Below, one piece after another: positions 10,698 to 22,717 of a stretch of 64,000 bases of DNA. Within the stretch, counting starts at the first letter, position 1. Each line of letters opens with the position of its first letter. The translations under genes were made by a program, and so were the position numbers. Source of the DNA: Macrostomum hystrix (lineage: Eukaryota > Animalia > Platyhelminthes); NCBI GenBank assembly GCA_950097015.1, contig CATNEN010000041.1, positions 1,736,001-1,800,000 on the forward strand, written 5' to 3'. The notes below the pieces were generated by a model. The model saw only the letters and a program-made list of their open reading frames with translations. It was not told where the DNA came from and did not search any database.

Positions 10698-13600
10698 ATG
10701 GCTAAGGCAGGCAAGGCCAAGCAGCGGCAGCGGACCCTGTCATCCGGCCTGCTGGAGTCCCCGCCAGGCGGGCCAAGCTGCGCCGTGGCTGCTCCCGCCA
10801 GATTGTCGAACGAAGACCCGGACTGTTGGGTGCCAGGCTGGGTCAGTTGCCTAGCAACCATCTGCCAGTGGACTGTTGGCCTGGCTCTGATGCTGAGCTG
10901 CGCCTTCGGCTTCGCCTGGCTGACCAACGAGACTCACGAGGCCACCCTGTTCTTCTCCAACATCAAGCAGGTGGAGCGGGAGATCTCCCTACGCACTGAG
11001 CAGGGCCTGTACTACTCATATTACAAACAGCTGGTGCACGCCCCCACCCTGCGCCGGGGCCTGGCCCAGCTGCTGTGGAACAATGCCACCGAGCACCCAG
11101 ACACCATCAATGTGCTGCAACGAATGAACGTGTACCAGGAGCTGCTGCTGGGCCTGATGTACCGTTACACGTGGTTCAGGGTGAGTGACCAACAGTTACC
11201 TAGGATAATCTTCAGGTCACAGCTTCAGGCTTCAAGGCGGCGGTTGCTAAGATAATCTTTGTAGTCCGGAGTGCTTGGGTCTGGGATGCGGTTGCTAGGA
11301 GTATCTTGGAGTCCGGAGTGCTTGGGTCTGGGATGCGGTTGCTAGGAGTATCTTGGAGTCCGGAGTGCTTGGGTCTGGGATGCGGTTGCTAGGATAATCT
11401 TGGAGTCCGGAGTGCTTGGGTCTGGAATGCGGTTGCTAGGATAATCTTGGAGTTCGGAGTGCTTGGGTCTGGGATGATGTTGCTAGGATAATCTTGGAGT
11501 CCGGAGTGCTTGGGTCTGGAATGCGGTTGCTAGGATAATCTTGGAGTTCGGAGTGCTTGGGTCAGGAATGCGGTTGCTAGGATAATCTTGGAGTCCGGAG
11601 TGCTTGGGTCTGGGATGCGGTTGCTAGGATAATCTTGGGAGTCCGGAGTGCTGGGGTCTGGAATGCGGTTGCTAGGATAATCTTGGAGTCTGGAGTGCTT
11701 GGGTCTGGGATGCGGTTGCTAGAATAATAATGGGAGTTAGGAGTGCTTGTGTCTGGGATGCGGTTGCTAGGATAATAATGGGAGTTAGGACTGCTTGGGT
11801 CTGGAATGCGGTTGCTAGGATAATAATGGGAGTTAGGACTGCTTGGGTCTGGAATGCGGTTGCTAGGATAATCTTGGGAGTCCGGAGTGCTGGGGTCTGG
11901 AATGCGGTTGCTAGGATAATCTTGGAGTCTGGAGTGCTTGGGTCTGGGATGCGGTTGCTAGGATAATCTTGGAGTCTGGAGTGCTTGGGTCTGGGATGCG
12001 GTTGCTAGAATAATAATGGGAGTTAGGAGTGCTTGTGTCTGGGATGCGGTTGCTAGGATAATAATGGGAGTTAGGACTGCTTGGGTCTGGAATGCGGTTG
12101 CTAGGATAATCTTGGAGTTCGGAGTGCTTGTGTCTGGGATGCGGTTGCTAGGATAATAATGGGAGTTAGGAGTGCTTGGATCTGGAATGCGGTTGCTAGG
12201 ATAATAATGGGAGTTAGGACTGCTTGGGTCTGGAATGCGGTTGCTAGGATAATCTTGGGAGTCCGGAGTGCTTGTGTCTGGGATGCGGTTGCTAGGATAA
12301 TAATGGGAGTTAGGACTGCTTGGGTCTGGAATGCGGTTGCTAGGATAATCTTGGAGTTCGGAGTGCTTGTGTCTGGGATGCGGTTGCTAGGATAATAATG
12401 GGAGTTAGGAGTGCTTGGATCTGGAATGCGGTTGCTAGGATAATATTGGAGTTCGGAGTGCTTGTGTCTGGGATGCGGTTGCTAGGATTATCTTGGGATG
12501 TGATTTGCTCGGATCAGGAAAGTTAGATGATTTTGTGTCTCGGAAGTGAGCATCTTAGAAGCATGTTGTATGCAGTGATGGCAAAATAAAACAGTTTAAT
12601 GTGCAAATGTTTGCAGACTCTACTCGAGCCGATCTACTTTTACTTGTACTTCGTGCTCTTCTTAAACAGCCTGCTCATCTGCGGCCTGTTTAGCACCACT
12701 TGGTACCTCACCGGCACTCCTCTGGCCGGCTGCCTCTCCGCCGTGATGTACACACTGAACAGGCAGGCCATGTCTTTTTCTGTTAACCGGCTTAACCGGC
12801 TTTGAGGCGGTTTTGTATCTGTCTTCCAGTTTTGAATGTTTTGCTTCAAAGACTGCATTTTTACTTGTGGTAACGCATGCTTTACCGTCACAATTTTCCC
12901 ACGTCTTATTTGGCCTTCAGCGCGCACACCACCAGGCTGAGCAATACTCACTCCCTCCGTGAGCACTTCTCTCTGCCGTTCTTGTGGCTGCAGATCTTCT
13001 GCTTGACAGTGTACTTCTCCAAGAACAGCGTTCGTGGAACTCTTCGTGAGGTAGGCATGATCGATAAAAAGTCACTGGCTACTTAAAAACCATAAATCGT
13101 GGCTCCTTAATGTGTCTTTTAGAGAGCCTCGCTGCTTGGCGCCCAAATCTGCTGCTTTCTGTTCACTCTGTTCTGGCAGTTCAACCAGTTCGTGCTGCTG
13201 CTGCAGGCGCTCTCTGTGTTGGCCGGCTGTGCCATCGGCTTTGTGCAATTTAGAAAGGTAGAAAGGTTTAAAGCGAAATGAAAGTTTGCACTAATGTCAT
13301 TTGATGGTTTCTTAAATAATTCAATTATTAATTCAACGCTCTATTTCTGCAGGGCGTTGCTAAAATTAACATGATTTTTACTGTCAGTAGCTAATCCAGC
13401 CGATTAAATGTCATGATTTCTACTGGCAGTAGCTAATCTAGCTAATAAAATGCCACGATTTCTACTGTCAGTAGCTAATCCAGCCGATAAAATGTCATGA
13501 TTTCTACTATCAGTAGCTAATCTAGCTAATAAAATGCCATGATTTCTACTGTCAGTAGCTAATCCAGCCGATAAAATGTCATGATTTCTACTGTCAGTAG

Positions 13601-16600
13601 CTAATCTAGCTAATAAAATTAACATGATTTTTACTGTCAGTAGCTAATCCAGCCGATTAAATGTCATGATTTCTACTGGCAGTAGCTAATCTAGCTAATA
13701 AAATGCCACGATTTCTACTGTCAGTAGCTAATCCAGCCGATAAAATGTCATGATTTCTACTATCAGTAGCTAATCTAGCTAATAAAATGCCATGACTTCT
13801 ACTGTCAGTAGCTAATCCAGCCGATAAAATGTCATGATTTCTACTGTCAGTAGCTAATCTAGCTAATAAAATGCCATGATTTCTACTGTCAGTAGCTAAT
13901 CCAGCCGATAAAATGTCATGATTTCTACTGTCAGTAGCTAATCTAGTTGATTAAGTGATAAAGTTTTTGTCGTTTTGATTCCAACAGGCATTCGCCTTCC
14001 TGATGACAGCCGCCGGCAGCCTGCTGTCAGTATCCCTACTGCAGTTTTTCAACCCGATGCTGCTATCCGCTCCGGCGCTCTCCGTCTGCCTGTCCGGTGC
14101 GCTGTCGATTGTTGTGAGCCGACGCTGGCTGCTGCCTGGCTTCGGCCTCGGCAGCTGGCTGGCCAAAGTCAGCCGCATCGCCTGCCAGGTCTGGGTGGTC
14201 CTGCTCAGCTTTGCCGTCTTACAGACTGCGCTCAAGGTTGGCAGTTTTATGACATAATAATAAATTTTCATATCATTAGGTGATTTTCATGCAATAAAGT
14301 ACTTTTATTGATCAATTTTACCTGTAGACATAACCGTAGGTACTATGCCACTGAGGCACTTGCTCAAATACTCGTACACAGCTCATGCTATGCGAACGCT
14401 GCTTAAGCTATGGGAACAGTACACCAGCTATGGGAACAGTACACCAGCTATGGGAACAGTACACCAGCTATGGGAACAGTACACCAGCTATGAGAACAGT
14501 ACACCAGCTATGAGAACAGTACACCAGCTATGGGAACAGTACACCAGCTATGGGAACAGTACACCAGCTATGAGAACAGTACACCAGCTATGAGAACAGT
14601 ACACCAGCTATGGGAACAGTACACCAGCTATGGGAACAGTACACCAGCTATGAGAACAGTACACCAGCTATGAGAACAGTACACCAGCTATGAGAACAGT
14701 ACACCAGCTATGAGAACAGTACACCAGCTATGAGAACAGTACACCAGCTATGAGAACAGTACACCAGCTATGAGAACAGTACACCAGCTATGAGAACAGT
14801 ACACCAGCTATGGGAACAGTACACCAGCTATGAGAACAGTACACCAGCTATGAGAACAGTACACCAGCTATGAGAACAGTACACCAGCTATGAGAACAGT
14901 ACACCAGCTATGAGAACAGTACACCAGCTATGAGAACAGTACACCAGCTATGGGAACAGTACACCAGCTATGGGAACAGTACACCAGCTATGAGAACAGT
15001 ACACCAGCTATGAGAACAGTACACCAGCTATGAGAACAGTACACCAGCTATGAGAACAGTACACCAGCTATGGGAACAGTACACCAGCTATGGGAACAGT
15101 ACACCAGCTATGGGAACAGTACACCAGCTATGAGAACAGTACACCAGCTATGAGAACAGTACACCAGCTATGAGAACAGTACACCAGCTATGAGAACAGT
15201 ACACCAGCTATGAGAACAGTACACCAGCTATGAGAACAGTACACCAGCTATGAGAACAGTACACCAGCTATGAGAAAAGTACACCAGCTAAGAGAACAGT
15301 ACACCAGCTATGAGAACAGTACACCAGCTATGAGAACAGTACACCAGCTATGAGAACAGTACACCAGCTATGAGAACAGTACACCAGCTATGAGAAAAGT
15401 ACACCAGCTATGAGAACAGTACACCAGCTATGAGAACAGTACACCAGCTATGAGAACAGTACACCAGCTATGAGAACAGTACACCAGCTATGAGAACACT
15501 GCTTAAACTATAATTAATCGAATTAATTAATTGATTACACCTGCCCCAATTTGGGTCAGATGTTCAGCCGAAAGCACAGCTGCAGTCATTGCGCGGCACA
15601 CCTGAAGGCTGCGTACGGCTGATCAGTCCATGTACTGGGGGACGCCACACCCACCTTCAATCATCCCAGCTAATGCTGGTACCAATTTAACAACTGGGTG
15701 AACTGAAGCAATGCAGAGTTAAGTGTCTTGCTAAAAGTTGTTCCATTGGACTCGGGAATCGAACCCCCGACCTCTAAGTCGTGAGTCCGACGCCCTAACC
15801 ACAAGGCTACAACCTCTTACAAGCTTTAAGACACTGCACAAGCTATGAGAACACATCCCAAGCTATGAGAACACTGTCCAAACCAAAAGTACACTGCTCA
15901 AAAACTTACTAAATCACCCAAGCAATGCGCTAAATTGAGTACACATTTCACTTGTGAGGGATCTGTTGTTATATTTTTCTACAGAAAGAGTTACTTTCGA
16001 GTTAAGCAAATATTTTATAGTTAATGGATTGTGCAGACATTCCCGCAGACAGGGCCTTATCAAACAAATCTGTTTGGCTTAACCATGACTAGGTGTGAGT
16101 ACAACACAAGTTACGAAACATTGGCCGATATGTTTAGAAATTTTTTATCGGTGCAATTCCGTATGGCAGAGTGAATGCTCACGCGCACCCACCTGAAACT
16201 TCATTTGCAGCTGCTGGTCCGGCACGATGCCGACAGCCACATCTACAAGTTTGTCATGATGAAGCTGGGCTTCGGATACGACGAGTGAGCAGACTTTTAT
16301 GCTGCATTCTGCTTTGCTGGCTTGCACTGACATGCTTGAGACCGTTCACTGAGCTTTTACGAGACAGTTGATTTGTTATATTGCACATACCCTAGACTGG
16401 TATGTACACACCCTAGACTGGTATGTACACACCCTAGACTGGTATGTACATACCCTAGACTGTACATACCCTAAACAGCACATACCCTAGACTGTACGTA
16501 CCCTAGACTGTACGTACCCTAGACTGGTATGTACACACCCTAGACTGGTATGTACACACCCTAGACTGGTATGTACATACCCTAGACTGTACATACCCTA

Positions 16601-18731
16601 AACAGCACATACCCTAGACTGTACGTACCCTAGACTGTACGTACCCTAGACTGCACATACCCTAAACAGCACATACCCTAGACTGTACGTACCCTAGACT
16701 GTACATACCCTAAACAGCACATACCCTAGACTGTACATACCCTAGACTGTACATACCCTAGACTGTACATACCCTAGACTGTACATATCCTAGACTGTAT
16801 ATACCCTAAGCAGCACATACCCCAGACTGTACATACCCTAGACTGTACATACCCTAAGCAGCACATACCCCAGACTGTACATACCCTAAACAGCACATAC
16901 CCTAGACTGTACATACCCTAAAGAGCACATAATGTACATACCCTAGACTGTACATTCCCTAAGCAGCACATACCCTAGACTGCACATACCCTAAACAGCA
17001 CATACCCTAGACTGTACGTACCCGAGACTGTACATACCCTAAACTTTTTTATCTACACATTCACCGAATTAATAAGATCCCATAAATCTCCAAAGTAAGC
17101 TTATTCCCTTGCAAAAATGCATTGCATGTCTCACACGCGCTACTTGCAGCGACTTCGATGTGCGCATGTACAACTGCGCCGGCGCGTTTATCTGGCTGCC
17201 CTGGTCCACGTTCAGCGACCTGGCCGGCACCCGCCTGCTGCAGCCCTACCTGGTGGTGCACGCGGCTCTGTACCTGCTCACCCTGCTTGGATTTCTGGAC
17301 TACGTATGGCGAAAGCCAGCCGAAGATGCTTCAGCGGACGCTGATGAAGACGCGAGCGGCGCCACCGGCGACGGAGGCTGTGGTGTCGCTGGCGGCCAAG
17401 TCGACTCGGCCGGTGCTGGCGTGTGGCGCGATGTAATGGACAGCTATGCTCAGCATCCTGAGCTGGCTTACCATGCCAGTGAGACCTGGGTCTCTCGGGA
17501 GGAACCGGCCGAAAATCAAAGAATCTAAGCAAACAGACAGGGTAGACAGATCAGATAGAAAAGGTCGATGAGATAGATACGGAATATATATGGATGGTAA
17601 GGTAGATAAGGTGGGCAAGGTAGATGCGGTAGGCAAGTTAGATACGGTGGGCAAGGTAGATACGGTGGATAAAGTAGATACGGTCGATAAAGTAGATACG
17701 GTGGGTAAGATAGATACGGTCGATATAGTAGATTCGGTGGATAAAGTAGATTCGGTGGATAAGGTAGATTCGGTGGATAAAGTAGATTCGGTGGGTAAGA
17801 TAGATTCGGTGGATAAAGTAGATTCGGTGGGTAAGGTAGATTCGGTGGATAAAGTGGATTCGGTGGGTAAGGTAGATTCGGTGGATAAAGAAGATTCGGT
17901 GGATGAGGTAGATACGGTGGATGAGGTAGATGCGGTGGATAAAGTAGATACTGTAGATGAAATATAAATAGAATAGGCGTGGAGGTTCCGGGTTCTAGGC
18001 CTTCCAAACTGACTAGCTGCCGCACGAGACTTCTAGTCAGCCAGTTCTATTTCTATTCGATGACTTGATTGAATACTTCCTGCACACTTCACACCGCAGT
18101 CCAGTGCACAGTGTTCGCCATCCTGGGCTTCACCACGCTGCGCATGAAGTACTTTTGGACGCCCTACATGTGCATCCTGATGCCCCTGGCGCTCGGCCAC
18201 CGACGCTGCTGGGACTGGCTGCTCCGGCGACTGCTGCGCCTCCGGCTCCGGCATGCCGGCTTCGCCTGGACACAGATCCTCACACTGGCTCTGCTGGCCT
18301 CCGCGACCAAGACTGTGAGTCCTGCCTCACTGACTCACTTTGCCTGTCCGCCTGTTTGCCTGCCTGCCTGTCCGTCTGTCTGTCTGCCTCTCTGTCTGTC
18401 TGTCTGCCTGCCTGTCTGCATGTCTGTCTGCCTGTCTGTCTGTCTGTCTGCCTGCCTGTCTGCATGTCTGTCTGCCTGTCTGTCTGCCTGTCTGTCTGTT
18501 TGTTTGTCTGCCTGCCTGCCTGTCTGCATGTCTGTCTGTCTGTCTGTCTGCCTGCCTGTCTGCATGTCTGTCTGCCTGTCTGTCTGTCTGTCTGTCTGCC
18601 TGCCTGTCTGCATGTCTGTCTGCCTGTCTGTCTGCCTGTCTGTCTGTTTGTTTGTCTGCCTGCCTGCCTGTCTGCATGTCTGTCTGTCTGTCTGCCTGTC
18701 TGTCTGCCTGTCTGTGTGTCTGTCTGTCTGT

Positions 18732-18797
<66 letters not shown>

Positions 18798-19776
18798 ACC
18801 TGCCTGCCTGCCTGCCTGCCTGCTAGGTAAAATCTACATTCCCCACCCGTATTCAACTGTGTGCCCAGTGCTACCAGGAAAACAAGGCTAACCTTGAGAA
18901 CCTGCGCGAATTCTGGGACCCGGACACCGTGCAGCTTATGGAGTGGATCAGCTCGTCCACGCCGCCGGACGCCGCCTTCACTGGCAGCATGCAGCTGCTG
19001 GCCGGGGTCAAGTGCTGCACCGAGCGGCACATCACCAACCACCCGCACTATGAGGACCAGCGGCTCAGGGAGAAAACACGGCAGGTGCGTGCAGATTCTC
19101 TATGGGCCAAACTTATCAGGCTAAACCCAGGAACTGAACCCTGTCTATGGCCAAAATCATCTTTCTCGTTCCCTTTAACTGAACCCTCTCTATGGCCAAA
19201 ATCATCTTTCTCGATCCCTTCAACTGAACCCTCTCTATGGCCAAAATCATCCTTCTCGTTCCCTTTAACTGAACCCTCTCTATGGCCAAAATCATCTTTC
19301 TCGATCCCTTCAACTGAACCCTCTCTATGGCCAAAATCATCTTTCTCGATCCCTTCAACTGAACCCTCTCTATGGCCAAAATCATCTTTCTCGATCCCTT
19401 CAACTGAACCCTGTCTATGGCCAACCCCGCTCTCGTGCAGCTGTACCAGATCTACGGCCGTAAGCCGCCAGAAGAGGTGCACCGGATCCTCCGCTCGTAC
19501 GGCTCGGACTACATCATCCTGGAGGACTCGATCTGCCTGCGCCAGGAGAACGGCTGCGGCACTACAGAGCTCGTGGACAATCTTAACGGCGAGCTGACAA
19601 ACCTGCAGGCCAGCTTGCCACAGCCGCCACCGGCTCTGCGGCGCAGCACATCGCCTCGCTTCTGCGACGAGATTCGACGCTCGCACGGCCTGCCACCAGG
19701 GGATAAAAATCCCTACGCCAAACTGTTCCGGCTGGTGCTGGAGAATCGCACGTTTCGGGTCTATAAGCTGCTCTGA
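10698..19776 (+). CDS. DPY19L3: DPY19-family C-mannosyltransferase (DPY19L3-like), 10 exons, about 770 aa
   Basis: Exons 10698-11180, 12617-12762, 12921-13050, 13123-13257, 13988-14236, 16211-16284, 17150-17478, 18100-18314, 18869-19084, 19441-19776; phases are consistent. Motifs: FFSNIKQVEREISLRTEQGLYYSYYKQ, WQFNQF, LRMKYFW, EFWDPDTVQLMEWI, GSMQLLAGVK, TNHPHYED, DYIILEDSIC. An alternative in-frame ATG lies at 10662. Confidence 0.9.
11260..12497. repeat. 47/48-bp tandem repeat in DPY19 intron 1
   Basis: Unit ggataatcttggagtccggagtgcttgggtctgggatgcggttgcta and variants. Confidence 0.95.
13362..13946. repeat. 42-bp tandem repeat with higher-order structure in DPY19 intron 4
   Basis: Unit atgatttctactgtcagtagctaatccagccgataaaatgtc; two variants alternate, and a 253-bp block is repeated (13362, 13615). 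Confidence 0.9.
14409..15498. repeat. 20-bp tandem repeat (acaccagctatg[a/g]gaacagt), about 54 copies
   Basis: Each 60-nt line holds exactly three units. Confidence 0.97.
15522..15816 (-). mobile_element. Full-length tRNA-derived SINE with CORE-like central domain
   Basis: Minus strand reads gaggttgTAGCCTTGTGGttagggcgtcggactcacgacttagaggtcgggGGTTCGATTCCcg (Pol III A and B boxes), then agcaagacacttaactctgcattgcttcagttcacccagttgttaaattggtacc (CORE-like), then a 3' tail shared with 3507-3680. Confidence 0.8.
16388..17040. repeat. ~16-bp tandem repeat (acataccctagactgt / acataccctaaacagc) in DPY19 intron 6
   Basis: Direct inspection. Confidence 0.9.
17590..17960. repeat. 18/9-bp repeat (gtagattcggtggataaa) in DPY19 intron 7
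   Basis: Explains the VDKVDS and PPNL pseudo-ORFs. Confidence 0.9.
18340..18823. repeat. (TGTC)n/(TGCC)n microsatellite in DPY19 intron 8
   Basis: Direct inspection. Confidence 0.97.
19100..19423. repeat. 45-bp tandem repeat in DPY19 intron 9
   Basis: Unit tatggccaaaatcatctttctcgatcccttcaactgaaccctctc, about 7 copies. Confidence 0.93.
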
Positions 19777-21916
19777 ACAGCTGGGTCTCTTGGTTCACTG
19801 CTGATTAGGTGATGCGCTGATTAGGTGACGAGGTCTCTTACACTAGTAAACGTCGTTATAGTTACTCACGCTGTTTACCATAGGTTGCTACGGTCTGGTG
19901 CAGGCGCACTATCAGCTCCATATCAGTCCATGTCACAAGGCTGCTAGTTATTTTCAAATTTATTCCAATAGTTTTTTTACTGCTTTTTTTAACTTGCTCG
20001 GCTCGGTTATCTTAGCTCTCGATTGAACTTGTGCCCCGCTTCATACTACTGTCTCACAGCTGTCAGTAGCAAGTAGCGAATCCTAACTTGCTGCCTAGTC
20101 TTCTCAAACTGCAGAACAAATCAGAATCGAAAACGTCATTTTTTACAATCTTACCGAGTCTGCCTTTTCGCTGGCCCGCGTTTGCCACACACATTTGGCC
20201 TTTGATAGCCGACATTGTGGCCAGCGATAGCCAAACTCAAAGCCCAAACTCACAATTACCTGATTGCTAGACTCCTGTGTTTACCAGTGTTGCACTTTTG
20301 TTTCCAAATACACCTGTGTTTTAGTATTTTCTTTGCTTTGTTAGGCTGCTATTGCTCGTTTTGTGCATCACAAACCACTGCCACTGGCTGCCTTCCTGCT
20401 GTCTTACTGAATCTGACTGCTGCCTGCTGGGGCGGTCTGAAATAGGGGAACCTCAGCATCATCAACTGACTTCAGGCTGTCTGAAGTAGGGGAACCTCAG
20501 CATCCTCAACTGACTTCAGGCTGTCTGAAGTAGGGGAACCTCAGCATCATCAACTGACTTCAGGCTGTCTGAAGTAGGGGAACCTCAGCATCATCAACTG
20601 ACTTCAGGCTGTCTGAAGTAGGGGAACCTCAGCATCCTCAACTGACTTCAGGCTGTCTGAAGTAGGGGAACCTCAGCATCCTCAACTGACTTCAGGCTGT
20701 CTGAAGTAGGGGAACCTCAGCATCCTCAACTGACTTCAGGCTGTCTGAAGTAGGGGAACCTCAGCATCCTCAACTGACTTCAGGCTGTCTGAAGTAGGGG
20801 AACCTCAGCATCCTCAACTGACTTCAGGCTGTCTGAAGTAGGGGAACCTCAGCATCCTCAACTGACTTCAGGCTGTCTGAAATAGGGGAACCTCAGCATC
20901 ATCAACTGACTTCAGGCTGTCTGAAGTAGGGGAACCTCAGCATCCTCAACTGACTTCAGGCTGTCTGAAGTAGGGGAACCTCAGAATCCTCAACTGACTT
21001 CAGGCTGTCTGAAGTAGGGGAACCTCAGCATCCTCAACTGACTTCAGGCTGTCTGAAGTAGGGGAACCTCAGAATCCTCAACTGACTTCAGGCTGTCTGA
21101 AATAGGGGAACCTCAGCATCCTCAACTGACTTCAGGCTGTCTGAAGTAGGGGAACCTCAGCATCCTCAACTGACTTCAGGCTGTCTGAAGTAGGGGAACC
21201 TCAGCATCCTCAACTGACTTCAGGCTGTCTGAAATAGGGGAACCTCAGCATCCTCAACTGACTTCAGGCTGTCTGAAGTAGGGGAACCTCAGAATCCTCA
21301 ACTGACTTCAGGCTGTCTGAAATAGGGGAACCTCAGCATCCTCAACTGACTTCAGGCTGTCTGAAGTAGGGGAACCTCAGCATCATCAACTGACTTCAGG
21401 CTGTCTGAAGTAGGGGAACCTCAGAATCCTCAACTGACTTCAGGCTGTCTGAAGTAGGGGAACCTCAGAATCCTCAACTGACTTCAGGCTGTCTGAAGTA
21501 GGGGAACCTCAGAATCCTCAACTGACTTCAGGCTGTCTGAAATAGGGGAACCTCAGCATCCTCAACTGACTTCAGGCTGTCTGAAGTAGGGGAACCTCAG
21601 AATCCTCAACTGACTTCAGGCTGTCTGAAATAGGGGAACCTCAGCATCCTCAACTGACTTCAGGCTGTCTGAAGTAGGGGAACCTCAGCATCATCAACTT
21701 GTAGTGTGTGGCAATGCATCGTACATATGCGTTCACTTCTTTGGGTGTCTAATGTACATCAACCGCGTGCATGCCTTTCTCTCTCACTTTTTCACCTTGG
21801 CACTGATTGCTATTTAACTCGTGAGTCGATAAATAAATCGCTGTAAATCTTCGTCAACTCTAAGTCGCAGTCTCTCTGCCTTAGTCCACAAGTGGTAGCA
21901 GAGCGTGGTTTCCACA

Positions 21917-22717
21917 ATGGCTGAGAAAGCTAGTGCAGCGCTGCCCAGAGTATTCAGTGCAGGCAACTTTAAAGAATGGCTGCAGCGTTTTGAAGTTTGT
22001 GCCAAAGTGAACAAGTGGGACGCTTACAAGGCGGAGCGACTGGCAACTTTTCTAGACGGCGAGGCCCTTGTCGTCTATTTGGAACTGTCTGCAGCCGATC
22101 AGGCAGAATTCGGAAAAGTTACTGGAGCACTGGAGAATGCTTTCCACCCGGACCGAGAGCACTTCGCCGTCATGGAGGCGTTCAAGGCGAGGAGAATTTT
22201 GGCAAGTGAGACTCCACGCATGTACCTTTACGAGTTGAAGAAACTGCTGCAGAGCTCTGCCGTGGTCGATGTGGATGCTCGAGAAGCCCTGCTGTTTCAT
22301 CAGTTCATCTGTGGCCTGCCAGACTCCGTGGGCTGGCAGATTCGAGCAGACACCAACATCAAGACCTCAGTGCAAGCGCTTGAAAAGGCTCAGCTACTGA
22401 TGCAGCACAATCCAGCAGCAACGCAAGCAGCTGCGGTACAGCCTCGGCAGAGCCAGTCCAGCGAAGTTCAGGAGCTGCGGGACACAGTGCAGAGTCTGCA
22501 AGCCTCAGTGAGTACATTGAGCACCCAGCTGGAGCAGCTGGCAGCCTGTGGAGTGAGAAGCAGCAGTACAGCAAGGCCACACCGACCGAGATCCGATATC
22601 GTCTGCTACAACTGCCACAAAACCGGCCACATCGCCAAGGACTGCTACAGCCGGCGGCAGCAGTCGGGAAACGCCAGAGGCTGGGGTGGGCGGGCCCGCC
22701 ACCTCGGCCAGCAGTAA
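21917..22717 (+). CDS. gag: Gypsy Gag with CCHC zinc knuckle
   Basis: CYNCHKTGHIAKDC; ATG at 21917, just after the PBS. Confidence 0.92.
   Translation: MAEKASAALPRVFSAGNFKEWLQRFEVCAKVNKWDAYKAERLATFLDGEALVVYLELSAADQAEFGKVTGALENAFHPDREHFAVMEAFKARRILASETPRMYLYELKKLLQSSAVVDVDAREALLFHQFICGLPDSVGWQIRADTNIKTSVQALEKAQLLMQHNPAATQAAAVQPRQSQSSEVQELRDTVQSLQASVSTLSTQLEQLAACGVRSSSTARPHRPRSDIVCYNCHKTGHIAKDCYSRRQQSGNARGWGGRARHLGQQ
22666..22709 (+). other. -1 programmed ribosomal frameshift signal
   Basis: G GGA AAC in the gag frame (22666-22672), a 6-nt spacer, then an 11-bp GC-rich stem GGCTGGGGTGG/CCACCTCGGCC (22679-22709). Confidence 0.8.

Noticed and set aside
15745-15816. Functional tRNA gene
   Set aside because: The acceptor and anticodon stems pair poorly and the sequence runs directly into a SINE body.
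17525-18891. ORFs such as VDKVDS, PPNL, CLSV and QTDR repeats
   Set aside because: These are translations of intronic repeats between validated DPY19 exons.
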